In this document: positions 52,200-64,000 of the stretch, piece by piece
Numbering within the stretch: the stretch's first letter is position 1
How the letters are laid out: every line of letters starts with the position of its first letter
DNA from: Antedon mediterranea
Taxonomy: Eukaryota; Animalia; Echinodermata
Reading direction: 5' to 3'
DNA: 64,000 nucleotides
Assembly: GCF_964355755.1 (NCBI RefSeq)
Contig: NC_092670.1
Coordinates: 32,042,388-32,106,387, forward strand
Position numbers and translations under genes: made by a program
Notes under the pieces: model-generated
The model's input: the letters and a program-made list of their open reading frames with translations, nothing else
Database searches by the model: none
Told to the model about the DNA's origin: nothing

Positions 52200-53150
52200 T
52201 AATACTTAATAATTTTAAATATCGCATTATTTTATTCAAGGTGGTAGACAAAAGTAGATATTGTTTATTGACTTTCGATTACATGATGGGCGTTTTGAGC
52301 GTGAATTGTGAACATTATGTTTACACACCATTACATTCAAAACTTACATTCAAACAAATGTAAGTTTTACTTATTAATAAATGAAAGACTAATTACAAAT
52401 GAGAGTTATAAAATTGCTTATATGAATGTTTGACATACTTTATAAATAATTTTAAATATCACATGACTTACGGTAATTCAAGGTGGTAGACCAAAGTAAA
52501 TATTGTTTATTTATTTTTTTTTTTTGTATTTTGTATTTTGTATTAATATTTGTCCTCAGTGAGGTAATTCGGATTAGGCCCTCAACGGACCCACGGCAGC
52601 CAGCAGTGCAGCGCCTACCAGATTAGGCAATGAGAGTAAAGCATCTTGCCTAAGGATGCAATTAGTATGGTACAGATAACCTCGAACCCATGCCTATCAC
52701 ATGCTAGTCCGATATTACCATTACCCCATCACTCTCCAGTATATACAGCACCCGCCGCGATTTCTAGACGGTCTCCCATCCAGAACGCAACCGGGCCCAA
52801 CGTTGCTTAACTTCGGTGATCTGACGAGAACCGGTGTTTCAACGCAGTATGGCCGTTTAGGCCTATATGGGCGTTTTGAGCGTGGTTTGTAAAAATTATG
52901 CTTACACATCATTATTACATTTTAAAATCGACTAAGTTTTACTTATTAAGAAATGAAAGACTAATTACAAACAAAAAAATAAATAAGAGGTATAATTGCT
53001 GATATGAATGTTTGACATACTTAATAACTAATTTTAAATATCACATTGTTTATTCAAGCTGGTAGACGGAAGTAAATATTGCTTCTTTTTTATTACATGA
53101 TGGGCGTTGTTTATTCGTGATTAATGTTTGGAGTCATGCTTACACACCAA
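52200..53150. repeat. Three degenerate ~250-bp tandem units, the middle one interrupted by a SINE
   Basis: ttcaaggtggtagac...gtaaatattg...atgggcgtt recurs at about 52234, 52477 and 53054. Confidence 0.75.
52511..52862 (-). mobile_element. 5S rRNA-headed SINE, copy 2
   Basis: - strand reads GCCTAAACGGCCATACTGCGTTGAAACACCGGTTCTCGTCAGATCACCGAAGTTAAGCAACG..., then a tRNA-like segment with GGGTTCGAG, core CCTTAGGCAAGATGCTTTACTC and a (tacaaaa)n/A tail. Confidence 0.88.
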
Positions 53151-53516
53151 TAAATGTTGTGATAGCACCCGTGACCGACGAAATTCATAAATTGGCCGAG
53201 TCACGGACCATTACAATGCTATACTCGCTTTAGAAGCAGATGCTCGTAAACTTTGACATCATCGAAAACGCCCTATCTACATCTAACAGGCTAAATTATT
53301 TTAAATAATCTATTACATTCTACTCTTTAAGACTATTACATTTATTAAATATTTTATAGTCTTTTTTTGTACAATTAATCAAGATTTTTTTCAGTATTTA
53401 CATTGCAAGCAGTAGCCATATAGCGTACACGTTTTTTAAGAACCAGAGAGAGAGTGCCAACGCCGCGCGTTCCACTGTTGGCAGTCAAGTTCAAGAACAG
53501 AAAAGCATCGGGCCTT

Positions 53517-54045
53517 AAGCTCTGTTTACACTACCAAACTATGTGCCAAAAATAATGCGATGTGCCTATATATGGACACGATGATGTCATCATATTTGGA
53601 CACATGCCACTAGTGTAGACAGAGCTTTAGATTGATTGATCAAGTTTTTTTATTAGCACATCCAAAACCCCCATTAAAAAAAATGTGATGTGCCCATGGA
53701 CATGATGATGTCATCATATTTGTACACATCATACTAGTGTAAACAGAGCTTTAAAATGATCAAGTTTTTTTATTAGCACATCCAAAACCCCCCATTAAAA
53801 AAAAATGTGATGTGCCCATGGACATGATGATGTCATCATATTTGGATACATCACACTAGTGAAAACAGAGCTTTAAAATGATCAAGTTTTTTTATTAGCA
53901 CATCCAAAACCCCCATTAAAAAAAAATTGGATGTGCCCATATATGGACACGATGATGTCATCATATTTGGACACATCCCACTAGTGTAGACAGAGCTTTA
54001 GATTGATCGATCAAGTTTTTGTATTAGTACATCCAAAATCCCCGT
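53517..54045. repeat. Tandem array of ~125-bp units built from MITE A plus flank
   Basis: About four copies of gatgtgccc...gatgatgtcatcatatttg...ctagtgtagacagagcttta...gatcaagtttttttattagcacatccaaaacccc. Confidence 0.85.
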
Positions 54046-54169
54046 TTCAGAAATCTTGGATCTTCTCTTGCAACCAGAAAGAAACTCCCAAAACATGGAT
54101 AGGCCTACCACAACATTTCATTTTTAAAGCCATGACTTGACAATGACATCCGAGTCATAGTTTTTTTTT

Positions 54170-54417
54170 GTGTTTTTTTAAAACCATATTTAATGAGGGT
54201 GATCCATCCAGCTATTGCTGATCATTAGGGACCCTCAGAGGTTCACAAGACAAACATATACACAAGATGCTCTACATAAACAAATTCTTATTACAAGTCT
54301 TTGGGAGTGGAGTAATTTGGTCCTTAGAAAAAATCCTGACATGTGAGGGGACTTAAACCCAGGACCCTGGGAGTGGTAGCCAAGCATCATAACCACCAAG
54401 CCACAACTCCACTCCAC
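54170..54417 (-). mobile_element. tRNA-headed SINE
   Basis: - strand GTGGCTTGGTGGTTATGATGCTTGGCTACCACTCCCAGGGTCCTGGGTTTAAGTCCC head. The tail is shared with the 5S-SINE at 8884-8952. Confidence 0.7.
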
Positions 54418-55114
54418 TTAGTGGTAATAAATACACATTGAATTATTTATATGTGGAAACAATCTACCTGGGTTGCATTGCTAAAACAACAAATGATTGA
54501 TTGAACTTGAAGATGTGACATATAGTTCTTAATATAAAATTGTTCACCTTTAGCCCTATATGGCACAGATGAACACTGGCAAGAAAGTCAAAACTTTTCA
54601 ATAACATGCCCATGGCAGCCTAACGGGACCTATTTTGTATCCACTACAAGGCAATATAACAACAGAATGCTGAGCTCCGGAGATCAAAGGGTTTACATGT
54701 GGCTGCAACACGATCAGTTGCATGCCCCTTAACAGACACCGCTCACCACGAAGAATATGTATATATAGTACTGTAGGTATTTGTCGCAGCCAGACATAAG
54801 ATCAAAGGACTGTTACGAGTTCCTATCTTGGAAAGGTGAGGTCAGTGTCCGGTCAGATAGCCTCGGTGTGAACTAGTACAACGGAGTAATCACATAGGCA
54901 CGGCTCCAGGGGCGGGGGGTGATGGGCTGGGTGGTGTGTATATCTACATATAAAACCTGGATAAATCTAGATACACCGAGAATGTAAAGATTTTAATTTT
55001 TGAAAGTAAAAGTAGAACATTTTAGTCTCTCTGGATAATTATAACTACATCTATATAAAATGCTATAAAATGATAAAATCACACAATAAATGAAAAAAAT
55101 GAAATAAAACAGTA

Positions 55115-58100
55115 TCATTGCATTAGGCATGCCGCACTTGTCGTTTTACCATCATTATTTTTCTTGGCGACTTCACTCATTCCCACAATCCTCCCCACTG
55201 AACGGAATTTAGCCAGTTCACCATAGTATAAGGTGTTCTCAACTTCTTCTAGTGTTAATGTATCTCGTTTCTGTTGTTTAGCTGTCTGTACAACATTGTG
55301 AAGTTTTTGCTGCAAAAGAAAACCAAAGTCTTATGAAAAACCTATTTGTTGCATTGGCGGTTAAGGCTGGGGCGCCGTAAAACCATTTCCATACAATTGG
55401 CACAGGATCAAGTTAATAAAAAGACTGTATCTTTATACTCACCATTCTTTGTTGTAACTTTTCTACTTTCTTTTTCTCTGTATTTAAATCCACCATTAAT
55501 TTATATTTTTCTTCATCAACCTGAGCGTAGTAGATAACATGGTAAACGATAAAAAAACCTCACAGATACTGTGTATGTTAAGAATTCAATTTAACAAGAG
55601 TAAAGCTCTACACTATCGCAATAGTTTGACAAAAAAAATGTGATGTGCCCAAATATGGTAGTGATATGCTTAAATATGGTAGTGATATGACATCATTATT
55701 TCCATATGTGCCAGGCACATCACATAAAGTTTGATAGTGTAGACAGAGCTTAAAAGATGTTCACTGATTATGGTCATATTTCATTTCATTAGAATTAACA
55801 ATTTCAGTATAAGGAGGGACAAAGTCAACAAAAGGAAGACCAAGAGTAGAGCTCGATCAAGTTGGTCACCTAAAATTGTTAATTGGCTGTTGTTGAAATC
55901 ACTGATGTATCAAGCATTTGCAATCACTGATAGCGGTCGTGTATGTTTGTTAAGCTATGGTGAATCTAGCCTCTACTGCTTGCTTTTAATAAACTCTACA
56001 TTCAAGGTGTCTTTTATTTTGGCAAAATATAACACAAAGACAACAAACAGCAAATAACATGAAAATAACCAGATACAGTATATATTCCCAGATCTAACCT
56101 GTAAAAACAACCAGTTTCCATTTTTTGTAACTGCCTTAAGCTCTGTCTACACTATCAAACTAGTTTGGCAAAAAAAGTGTGATGTGCCCAAATATGGTAG
56201 TGATATAATGTCATCGTGTCCATATATGGGCACATCACATTTTCTTTAATCTGTAAGATCTTAATCTGTAAGTTGAATATAGCCTTAAATTTAAAGAGAT
56301 TAGTACAATTTTGCAATCCATACTTGAGAAAAACTGCGGCTCACTGCTGACGACTGCTTTCCACGTGAAACTCGTTGAGGTGTACCGCCTTCTTTTTGTC
56401 GCCCCATAATGTTTATCACTAACATTTCCTCTGATAAATAATCTAATAGCTGTTGACATAAAATGAAATATCGTGTTAGGATGTGAAAGTTAGTAGTTAA
56501 TAGCAATAAAATAAATACTGTTTAAGTATAAGAATATGCTATGATATGCTCAACACGTTGTATTGTAAGCATCTAAATATCGGCATATCCATATCCATTC
56601 ATATCCATTCATATCCATTATGGTGGTGAGTGAGTGATGGAGTATTCAGCGAACCTGATTGGCTGATATGATGAAGCTATATTTGATGGTCCCTCTCCAT
56701 GGTGGAATGCTATTTGAGCTGTGGTTGTGTAGGAGTACTCTTTAGTAGTTTAATAATATCTCTATGACATTAATTCAGATGACAAATGGAAACTTACATT
56801 TTTAGTGACTGGACTGAAATGTAATATACGTTCATAGCAGTATTCTGGATTTCGTGTACCACCAATTTCCTTTGTTATTGATGCGTTTTTTTCAACATAA
56901 AATTGAAATTTACAACAACTCTAAAATGAGAAAATTATCATTAGTTGTTATTAAAACCGTGCGCTAATTTCTGATTATGACTTAAAATACAGGTGGCCCT
57001 CCAACTAAAGTCCACATGTAGGGACAGTATTTATTGCTCCTTCTTGTATTTTCTTTGTCTTTGGTTTTGTTACGATAACCTGTTAATTCAGTTTTCCATT
57101 TATTAATTTTGTTTTCACTTGTTTAAAATTTGCTATTACTTTTAAGGAAAACATTTTTTTTTAAATGTAAGGGCTTAATTCTACCAATTTGAAATTAAGG
57201 TTCAATTTTGTATGTCAAAGCAAAGTATCCTCACATCATCATTTTAAAAAAGCGTTTTGCAATATTATGTTTCAAATGATCTAGAAAGGAGGAGCTAACG
57301 TACCTTGGCAATCCGAGTCGGTAATCCTCTTCCATACAGAATTTGAAACTTGTAATGAGCTGATTTTCCAATCTAATGAAAGAGAAAAATATTTAAAAAT
57401 GCAAGCATTGAAAGAAAACAATTTTAGAAAAAGTCAATACAAACTTCAACACCTGCTACCATTGATAAGGTTGTCATGACATTAACAAACCATCAATAAT
57501 CATCTATATAAACTAAACGGACAATTTAGAGAAATTAATTTTATGATGAGCATATTCTGGACATGCCTCTAATGACTTTCACTATTAATTCATTTAAATT
57601 AAAGTTTAAAAACCTTATTCTATCATAGTTTGTAAAAAGTAATGTAGTATTTATTTATTTCTAGTGACTGAGGCTAAATAAGGTATTTTAACCCTTCTAT
57701 CCCAAGTGACTGAGGCTAAATAAGGTATTTTTAATAGGTTTAGGAAAAATGCAAAATACATTTTTATGACTGTAACTTTCTGCAATTGTTTTATTGTTAT
57801 ATGAAATGTTTTGGCCTTCCGAAAAATTGCATTTTATTTTTTAACTAGGTCAAAGGTCAACGATCAAATGCCCAAAAAGTGCAATTTAGTGGCCCTGTGT
57901 ACATACACGGGCCTCGCAGCCTGGGACAGTAAATTCTTCAAAGGGTTAATATTGTATTTTATATTTTAAGGAGTGTTTATATTATATTATTTTAAAGAGG
58001 GCCCAGCTGGAAGGGTTACCCTCGCTAAATAAAGTGGAAAAAACCAAAATAAACTCCTAACACCATTGATGATTACCAAATCTTTTGGATCATCCACAAA

Positions 58101-61100
58101 TTCTTCATCAGGCAGGTCGGAACCATCTTCTTTACAAGGGTTTACCTCGACCCTTAGATGACCTTGCTCATTTCCCCTGTAGTCTGTTATCCAGACAGTC
58201 TCTTCCAATTCAATCTGATAGGCCAGAGGCTGCAGGTAGATGTGAGCATTTCCTACAATGATCTCTGTGTCTGCTGGTTCCCAGAATGGGTCATTTTCCT
58301 GTAGGATAACATAGATCAATCAAAATCAATTTATTCCATAAAACTAAAGATATGCACATCAAAACTTTTATGGAAAAGGGAACTAAAAATAAACAAAGCT
58401 TCTAAGCCGAGACCTTTAAAGAGCAATATGGTGATAAGAAGTTAATAATATAACAATACAAAATGACAATAAAAACAAAAACGGCACTCCTCTCCGCCTA
58501 CTCTAAAATTCTTCTATATAAGATTTCTCCGAAAAAAAACCCCCAATGTTTGTGTCTTAATGATGTGTGTGATTGGGCTAATTCACTACAACCTCGTGTA
58601 TGCAAGTTTGGTGTAATGGTTATATATAACCAGCCTTTCAACTAACAATAGTTTCAGTTGAAACAATAGAACAGCAATGCCAAAAACAAACGTGTGAATT
58701 TTTAAAACTACTCGTATCAAAAAACCTGTAAGTCAGATTTTAATTTTTAATAAGCTTTTGTGATGTGACCAATATATCAATTTTCCTCAAAATAAATAGG
58801 CATGTTCTGTAAGGATATACTAATTTAACACCAAAATATTCAGGAAGATTGTGCTAACAATCAAAAAAAGCAAGTACTATAAATTGGCAAAATTCTAAGA
58901 AGAAGAAGTAATGACAACTATAAGAACCACAGATAATACAAACAATAATCAAATTATTAAACTATATGTAACTATGGTATCATTGAATTGTTTAAAGTCT
59001 CTGTATACCATGTAAGAATCTCTGAATTATTGTTGTAAAAAGAAACCATTTTACAGACATGATACTGACAAGAGGCAGCTAGAGATGTTGGTGGTGGTGT
59101 TATCTACAACTATGAGAAGTTAAGGAAGACAAACAAAATCTCACCTTTTCTCTGTCCCAGTCTTTGTCACCTTCAACAAAATACTGGTACATCTCTTGCA
59201 TAAGGTATCTTCTGTTTAAGAACTTATCTTTGTTCCATAAAAACTCATTTTCATTCTTGACATTCTTCATAATCACCATTACCTACAAAATACACAAGTA
59301 ACATTGGTGTTGGTATTCCATGATTTAAATACTTACCTGGATAGATTTACAATACAACTTTAATACAGAAAACTACAGAAAAACTTTGTATTTTCATTCA
59401 TATTATACTTGACAGGATTTAGGAACAATGTCATGATTATAAAAGGTACTGTAAAATGTACTGTAATCAAATTTAATATATCATAGAAAACAATGGTTTT
59501 TAATTAAGTGTAATAATAACCTATAATAACAATCTGGTGTGATCAAACATTATTTCTGTTAATATGAGACAAAAGACAAAAATACAGAATAAAGATTAAA
59601 GCTACATAATAAGGATGACAGAGACAGACAGAAGGTAAAGAGAAAACAGGACATAGGAAGTCCGTCAGGAGGGAGGTTGCTTCAAATTGAGTAAAAATAT
59701 CTTCTGCCATGACCAATATGGAAAAGAAAAAAACAGAATACAGTTACCTCTGTACGACCAGTCTTGAGACCTCTTGCTTTTGGGGAAACAAGAGCAATTT
59801 GGAATCTTACATTCTTCTTAAGCTCATCACTCATGGCATTTACTTCATTTACCATTGGCACCATCTCAATCAAGTCTTCCTGGAGTAACAGATCCTCTAA
59901 AAAAGAAAAACTCATTCAATAATAACTACTGTATGGCTTCTTTTCTTTTTTTAAGACCCTCTTGAATATATCTGTGCTGTAAAGAGGTAGGTAAAGTGAA
60001 AAGCTCTATCTACACTATCAAACTAGTTTGACAAAAAAAGTGTGTTGTTTCCAAATACGGTAGTGATTTGCCCAAATATGGTAGTGATATTACATCATCA
60101 TGTCTATATATGGGCATATCACATTTTTTTTGTCACATAAAATTTGATAGTGTAGACAGAGCTTTAGTTTAGAGTCTGTTTTCACCAATATTAACTTTAT
60201 TATATTACACCTAACAAATTTTACAGTATTTCGATCTAAGTAGTAAATTCATTTCTGGCTCAGTTGTATATTTCTAGTATTAATATTAAGTGTAAGCCTT
60301 GTCTATGTGACAAAACAATGTGATGTGCCTATATATGGATATGATGATGTCATATCACTACCATATTTGGGTATATCACTACCATATTTGGGCACATCAT
60401 ACTTGTTTTTGTCAAACTATTTTGATAGTGTAGACAGAGCTTAAAATATGATGGAACAAAACATCATAACTCAACTAATAACTAAGGCTGGGTTGAATAA
60501 AGAAGTCGAAATCTTCATTCATAATTGAAGGAGCACAAATAAAATCTTGTTACATACCTTTTGACTTCCCTGGACCCTGTTGCACGTCAAAACCTGAATT
60601 TGCTGCAATTTCTTTCTGAGCCTGATCATATGTAACTGGAGCAATTACTTCCTGTTTTTGTTTATTTTTGGCAAGATCTTGTGGATGGTGGAATATGAAA
60701 AGATGTTTTGACCCAAACATAATACTGTAAAAACATATAAAATATAATAAATATATTCTTACTTACAAAACTACATAATAAGGCATCCTATGAACAGCAA
60801 ACAAACGAAAGACATTTGAGAGTTATAATGATTATGAAGTGGCCTCACAAAGTATGCTAAGGGTATCATAAGTGGCGGATCAAAGAATACCCATTTTGAA
60901 ATAGGTGGGGACCAGGGCCTAAAAGAAGTGAAATGAAGAATGAATCTTTTAAATTGCAATTTCTGAAATTTAGAGAGGCCCAGGCCCTCGCTTGAATTCT
61001 GATCATTAAAAATCCCCTTTAAGCAGCATTGCTAGTACCAATACTTAGAAGTTTATCAGTAACTTTACTATTAAATAAAAAATTATGAATCTCAGATGAA

Positions 61101-63872
61101 ACTACTATTTGGATGCAAGAAATATCTGTGTTGTTGCTGATGATCAAAGTAAACAGAATTTTGATGATAGGGTGCATTTACAGTCATCTTTTCATGGTTT
61201 TTTAAAGCATGTTACCGTTTTATTTGATGAAAAATAAATTACCGATCATTGTGGTGAAGCTCAATTTCTCCATCAACATCCTTTCCATTGACAAGTGTTT
61301 TTGCAGCAGGTAGAACCTTTAGCTTGACACAATTCTTCTCATTAACCACAACAGCATGTTCTGGCTGGATACTATATAAGCAATGTCATTTTTTTTGTTA
61401 TGTAATGCGTCCGTCTATGTTTTATGTTTAGACTACAAAGACAAGCCACTTTGGCTTCTGTGTATCTAACCCATAAAACTGTTAAATGTTGAATAAATAT
61501 TGTTTAATTCAGATATAAATAACACTATTGATATGTAGGATGATTCCATCATTGATCATCACCTTTATAACACACCTGATTGTATTATTGCAATTTGATT
61601 GTTCAATTACGCATCACGTGTCATTTGAAATTAGCCCTATCTAACAAAAAACTGATATCTAAAAGTGATAATTAAGCGCTCGAATGTACAGGTTCCTGTA
61701 ACCATTTGACGTTGTTGACTGATCGCATTCAGAAATAACTTGTTGTACGCTTTTTGTTGCTCTACTCCGCATCTAAATTTGGAGCACTGCCTTTTTATTG
61801 GCTTAGCTTGTCGGCCTAGCATTCGTCAATGATTCATGATGGATAACATTTAAAAAAGTAGGTGTGTTTAAAAAAAAATAATGCATTTTGTATTTGTATA
61901 CACTTATTCTTATGTAGATGTGGAAACAACGGCTTGATTATGGATGAGAAATGGATACAGACATACAGATTATGATCACAATTACAATGATACATAGATA
62001 ACGATTTCACATATATTACATTTCACAATTATGATATTATCCTCCTCACCTAAGCCCAGAGAGTACAATATCAGGCATTGCCTTAGCCTTGTCATTGCCA
62101 ATCTTGGAAACACCCTCTTTTGCAAAGTGTATTACAATACCAGTAAGTGCCGGATCCTCATTCAAGTTCCAAAAATGTGGTATTACTTTCATCTCTTCTT
62201 GTTTTTGTCGCTCTTGCTGGAGTTTTTCCTACAATTGAACACAACTTGCCATTCAGTATTCTATGATCGACTATATAATGTTTTTTTTGCTCATAAAATA
62301 TGTGTATATTAGCCTTTAGAATATGATATACAGTAGTGCAGTAGCATTGACTTCTGAGAAAATTCCTTTGTTTTTCAAAATCATCTCACAGGAAAAAATA
62401 CAGCATTAACTTCTGCTAATTTCTGTTTCTATGGATTTTTTTATTACCATATTTACAGCATTGACTTCTGAAAGATGTTCTGTTCCTATGATTTTTTTTA
62501 ACTTACCATATTTGCAGCATTTACTTCTGAGAGTCTCTGTTCCCATGTCTTTTTAGCAACTTCCATTTCTTCTTCATTCTGTTTTAGCTGCATCAACAGA
62601 TCCTGTTTCATCTGATCAACCTCTATAATTTGCAATAAAAGTGAATACATTTTTAGACCATTTTTATTAGTATTGCTGCAATAAATTTCAACATTTTAGG
62701 CTAAACTGATTGAACATGCTCATTTAAAAACAGATTTTAGGGGATTTTGCAATAAATATTTCATAAATAATAATGATATAAACAATAATTTTTTTTTTAA
62801 TGACCAGTTCATGTACTTCCTTGGTGTTGCCACATATTATCATCATCTACATTCATTTTACGTTATTTAAATTAATCTCTGTCTACACTATCAAACTTTA
62901 TGTGACAAAAAAATGTGATGTGCCCATATATGGACATGATGATGTGATATCACTACTATATTTGGGCATATCACTACCATATTTGGACACATCACATTTT
63001 TTTGTCAAACTAGTTTGATAGTGTAGACAGAGCTTTATGTCCGTCTGTGTAAATATCTTTTACGTCACTTCTAAAATCTTATCCTTTTCAATAATTCTTG
63101 TTGGTCTTTCAACGCTGTGAGACATCAGTAAAAAGCGCTTTATAAAAGTTTATTATTATTATTAATGATCATGTGCATAAAAATACAACCAATGAATAAG
63201 AACTGAGAGGAATAAAAATAAACATTTTCTTATACCTGCTTCAGTGAATCCTTGCTGTATTGTTTCTGTCGTACCCCCTCCGCCTTGCTTGCTCTTTTCA
63301 AGTGCTTCTATCAATCTGGCATTCTCCTCTTTCAATTCTCTTATCAATTTATCTGTAGGGCTTTCATTCACTATAGCCTTCGTTTTAATTGCTTTTGCTC
63401 GGTCCGCTATTAGAAAAAATAATTTAATTAGTACATTATTTTAAAAAATGTTACACATAGCTGGTAGAAAATATATAATATTGCAAATTTTAGATGATTG
63501 GGAAAAAGTGGGGCTGTAGATTGGTGGTTAATATGCTTGCTTTCCTATCCCTAAAATCCCGGGTTCAATCCTGCCCTAGTGCAGGGTTGTAACTGACGAC
63601 TCTTTCAACTCCACTTCCCAAGCCTCAAATGAGACTTAGTTTAAAAGCACGATACCTGTAAGTTATTAAATAGTTTATCCATCCTGTAATTGGTGAGTTA
63701 CTCGCTGTTGGATGCATGTTTTTCTACTGTACTAAAACTCCCCAAAAACCACAACATTTTTTTAAAATATAAATAATAAATACATGAAATAGTATGAATT
63801 GTTTATAATACCATAACGCAGTGTAGACATGGTTTCCTCAAAATTAATGTCAGCAGGACTAATAGCAGCAAT
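55115..63872 (-). CDS. KIF28: Kinesin-3 family, KIF28/KLP-6-like protein (3' part: motor end, neck coil, FHA, stalk, CaaX tail)
   Basis: Exons 63812-63872 (IAAISPADINFEETMSTLRY), 63236-63406 (ADRAKAIKTKAIVNESPTDKLIRELKEEN), 62507-62622, 62050-62228 (PHFWNLNEDPALTG), 61243-61371 (IQPEHA...VNG...LHHNDR, FHA), 60558-60724, 59748-59896, 59145-59282, 58077-58298 (DPFWEP), 57304-57372, 56798-56920, 56324-56449, 55443-55520, 55115-55309. Most of the motor domain lies beyond the window. Confidence 0.9.
60001..60164. mobile_element. MITE family A, full-length copy
   Basis: aagctctatctacactatcaaact...aatttgatagtgtagacagagctt. Confidence 0.85.
62875..63035. mobile_element. MITE family A, full-length copy
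   Basis: ctctgtctacactatcaaact...agtttgatagtgtagacagagctt. Confidence 0.85.
63510..63640 (+). mobile_element. tRNA-derived SINE, 5' part
   Basis: ggctgtagattggtggttaat...cccgggttcaatcctg; body shared with 14180-14262. Confidence 0.6.
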
Positions 63873-64000
63873 CTATTAAAAAAATACAAAGCAATGGTTA
63901 AAAGTGTGTCTCATTTCTTAAAACATAGACAATCAATATAATACAAAATATTAAATTGAATCATAAAATGAAAAAAATAAATTAATCATAAAAAACATAA

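Noticed and set aside
55780-55869. Second hydrophobic candidate terminal exon for the kinesin (DQLDRALLLVFLLL...)
   Set aside because: It needs a phase-1 junction but the upstream exon ends in phase 0; probably chance.
59329-59340. ATACTTACCTGG resembling the U1 snRNA 5' end
   Set aside because: Only 12 nt match and no U1 body follows. It is simply a consensus donor-like sequence on the - strand.
2495-63444. Most remaining 60-125-aa ORFs in the six-frame track
   Set aside because: They fall in introns or repeats, or are antisense to real exons, and lack splice or domain support.

Overview
AT-rich, intron-rich eukaryotic DNA, probably from a marine invertebrate (inferred from SINE types and gene content). 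I assembled exons by hand from GT-AG sites and phase. The window holds four protein-coding genes: (1) the last exon of a + strand membrane-protein gene at 668-943; (2) a 12-exon - strand gene (5182-30011, about 1700 aa) with an S/Y/Q-rich N-terminus, RGG boxes, a very long Gln-rich repeat exon, two U1/matrin-like zinc fingers and an R/D/Y/P heptad-repeat tail; (3) a complete, in-frame 13-exon - strand lipoxygenase-fold gene (39001-50815, 665 aa); (4) the 3' part of a kinesin-3/KIF28-like gene (55115 to beyond 63872) ending in a CaaX box. There is also one tRNA-Met(CAT) gene and many non-autonomous mobile elements (SINEs, a small LTR element, hAT, Kolobok-like and pogo-like elements, MITEs). 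The best candidate for something new is the lipoxygenase: the ORF is intact and keeps its C-terminal Ile, but all three iron-binding histidines are replaced by tyrosine and the Asn ligand by Gln. That points to a pseudoenzyme or a re-wired metal site.
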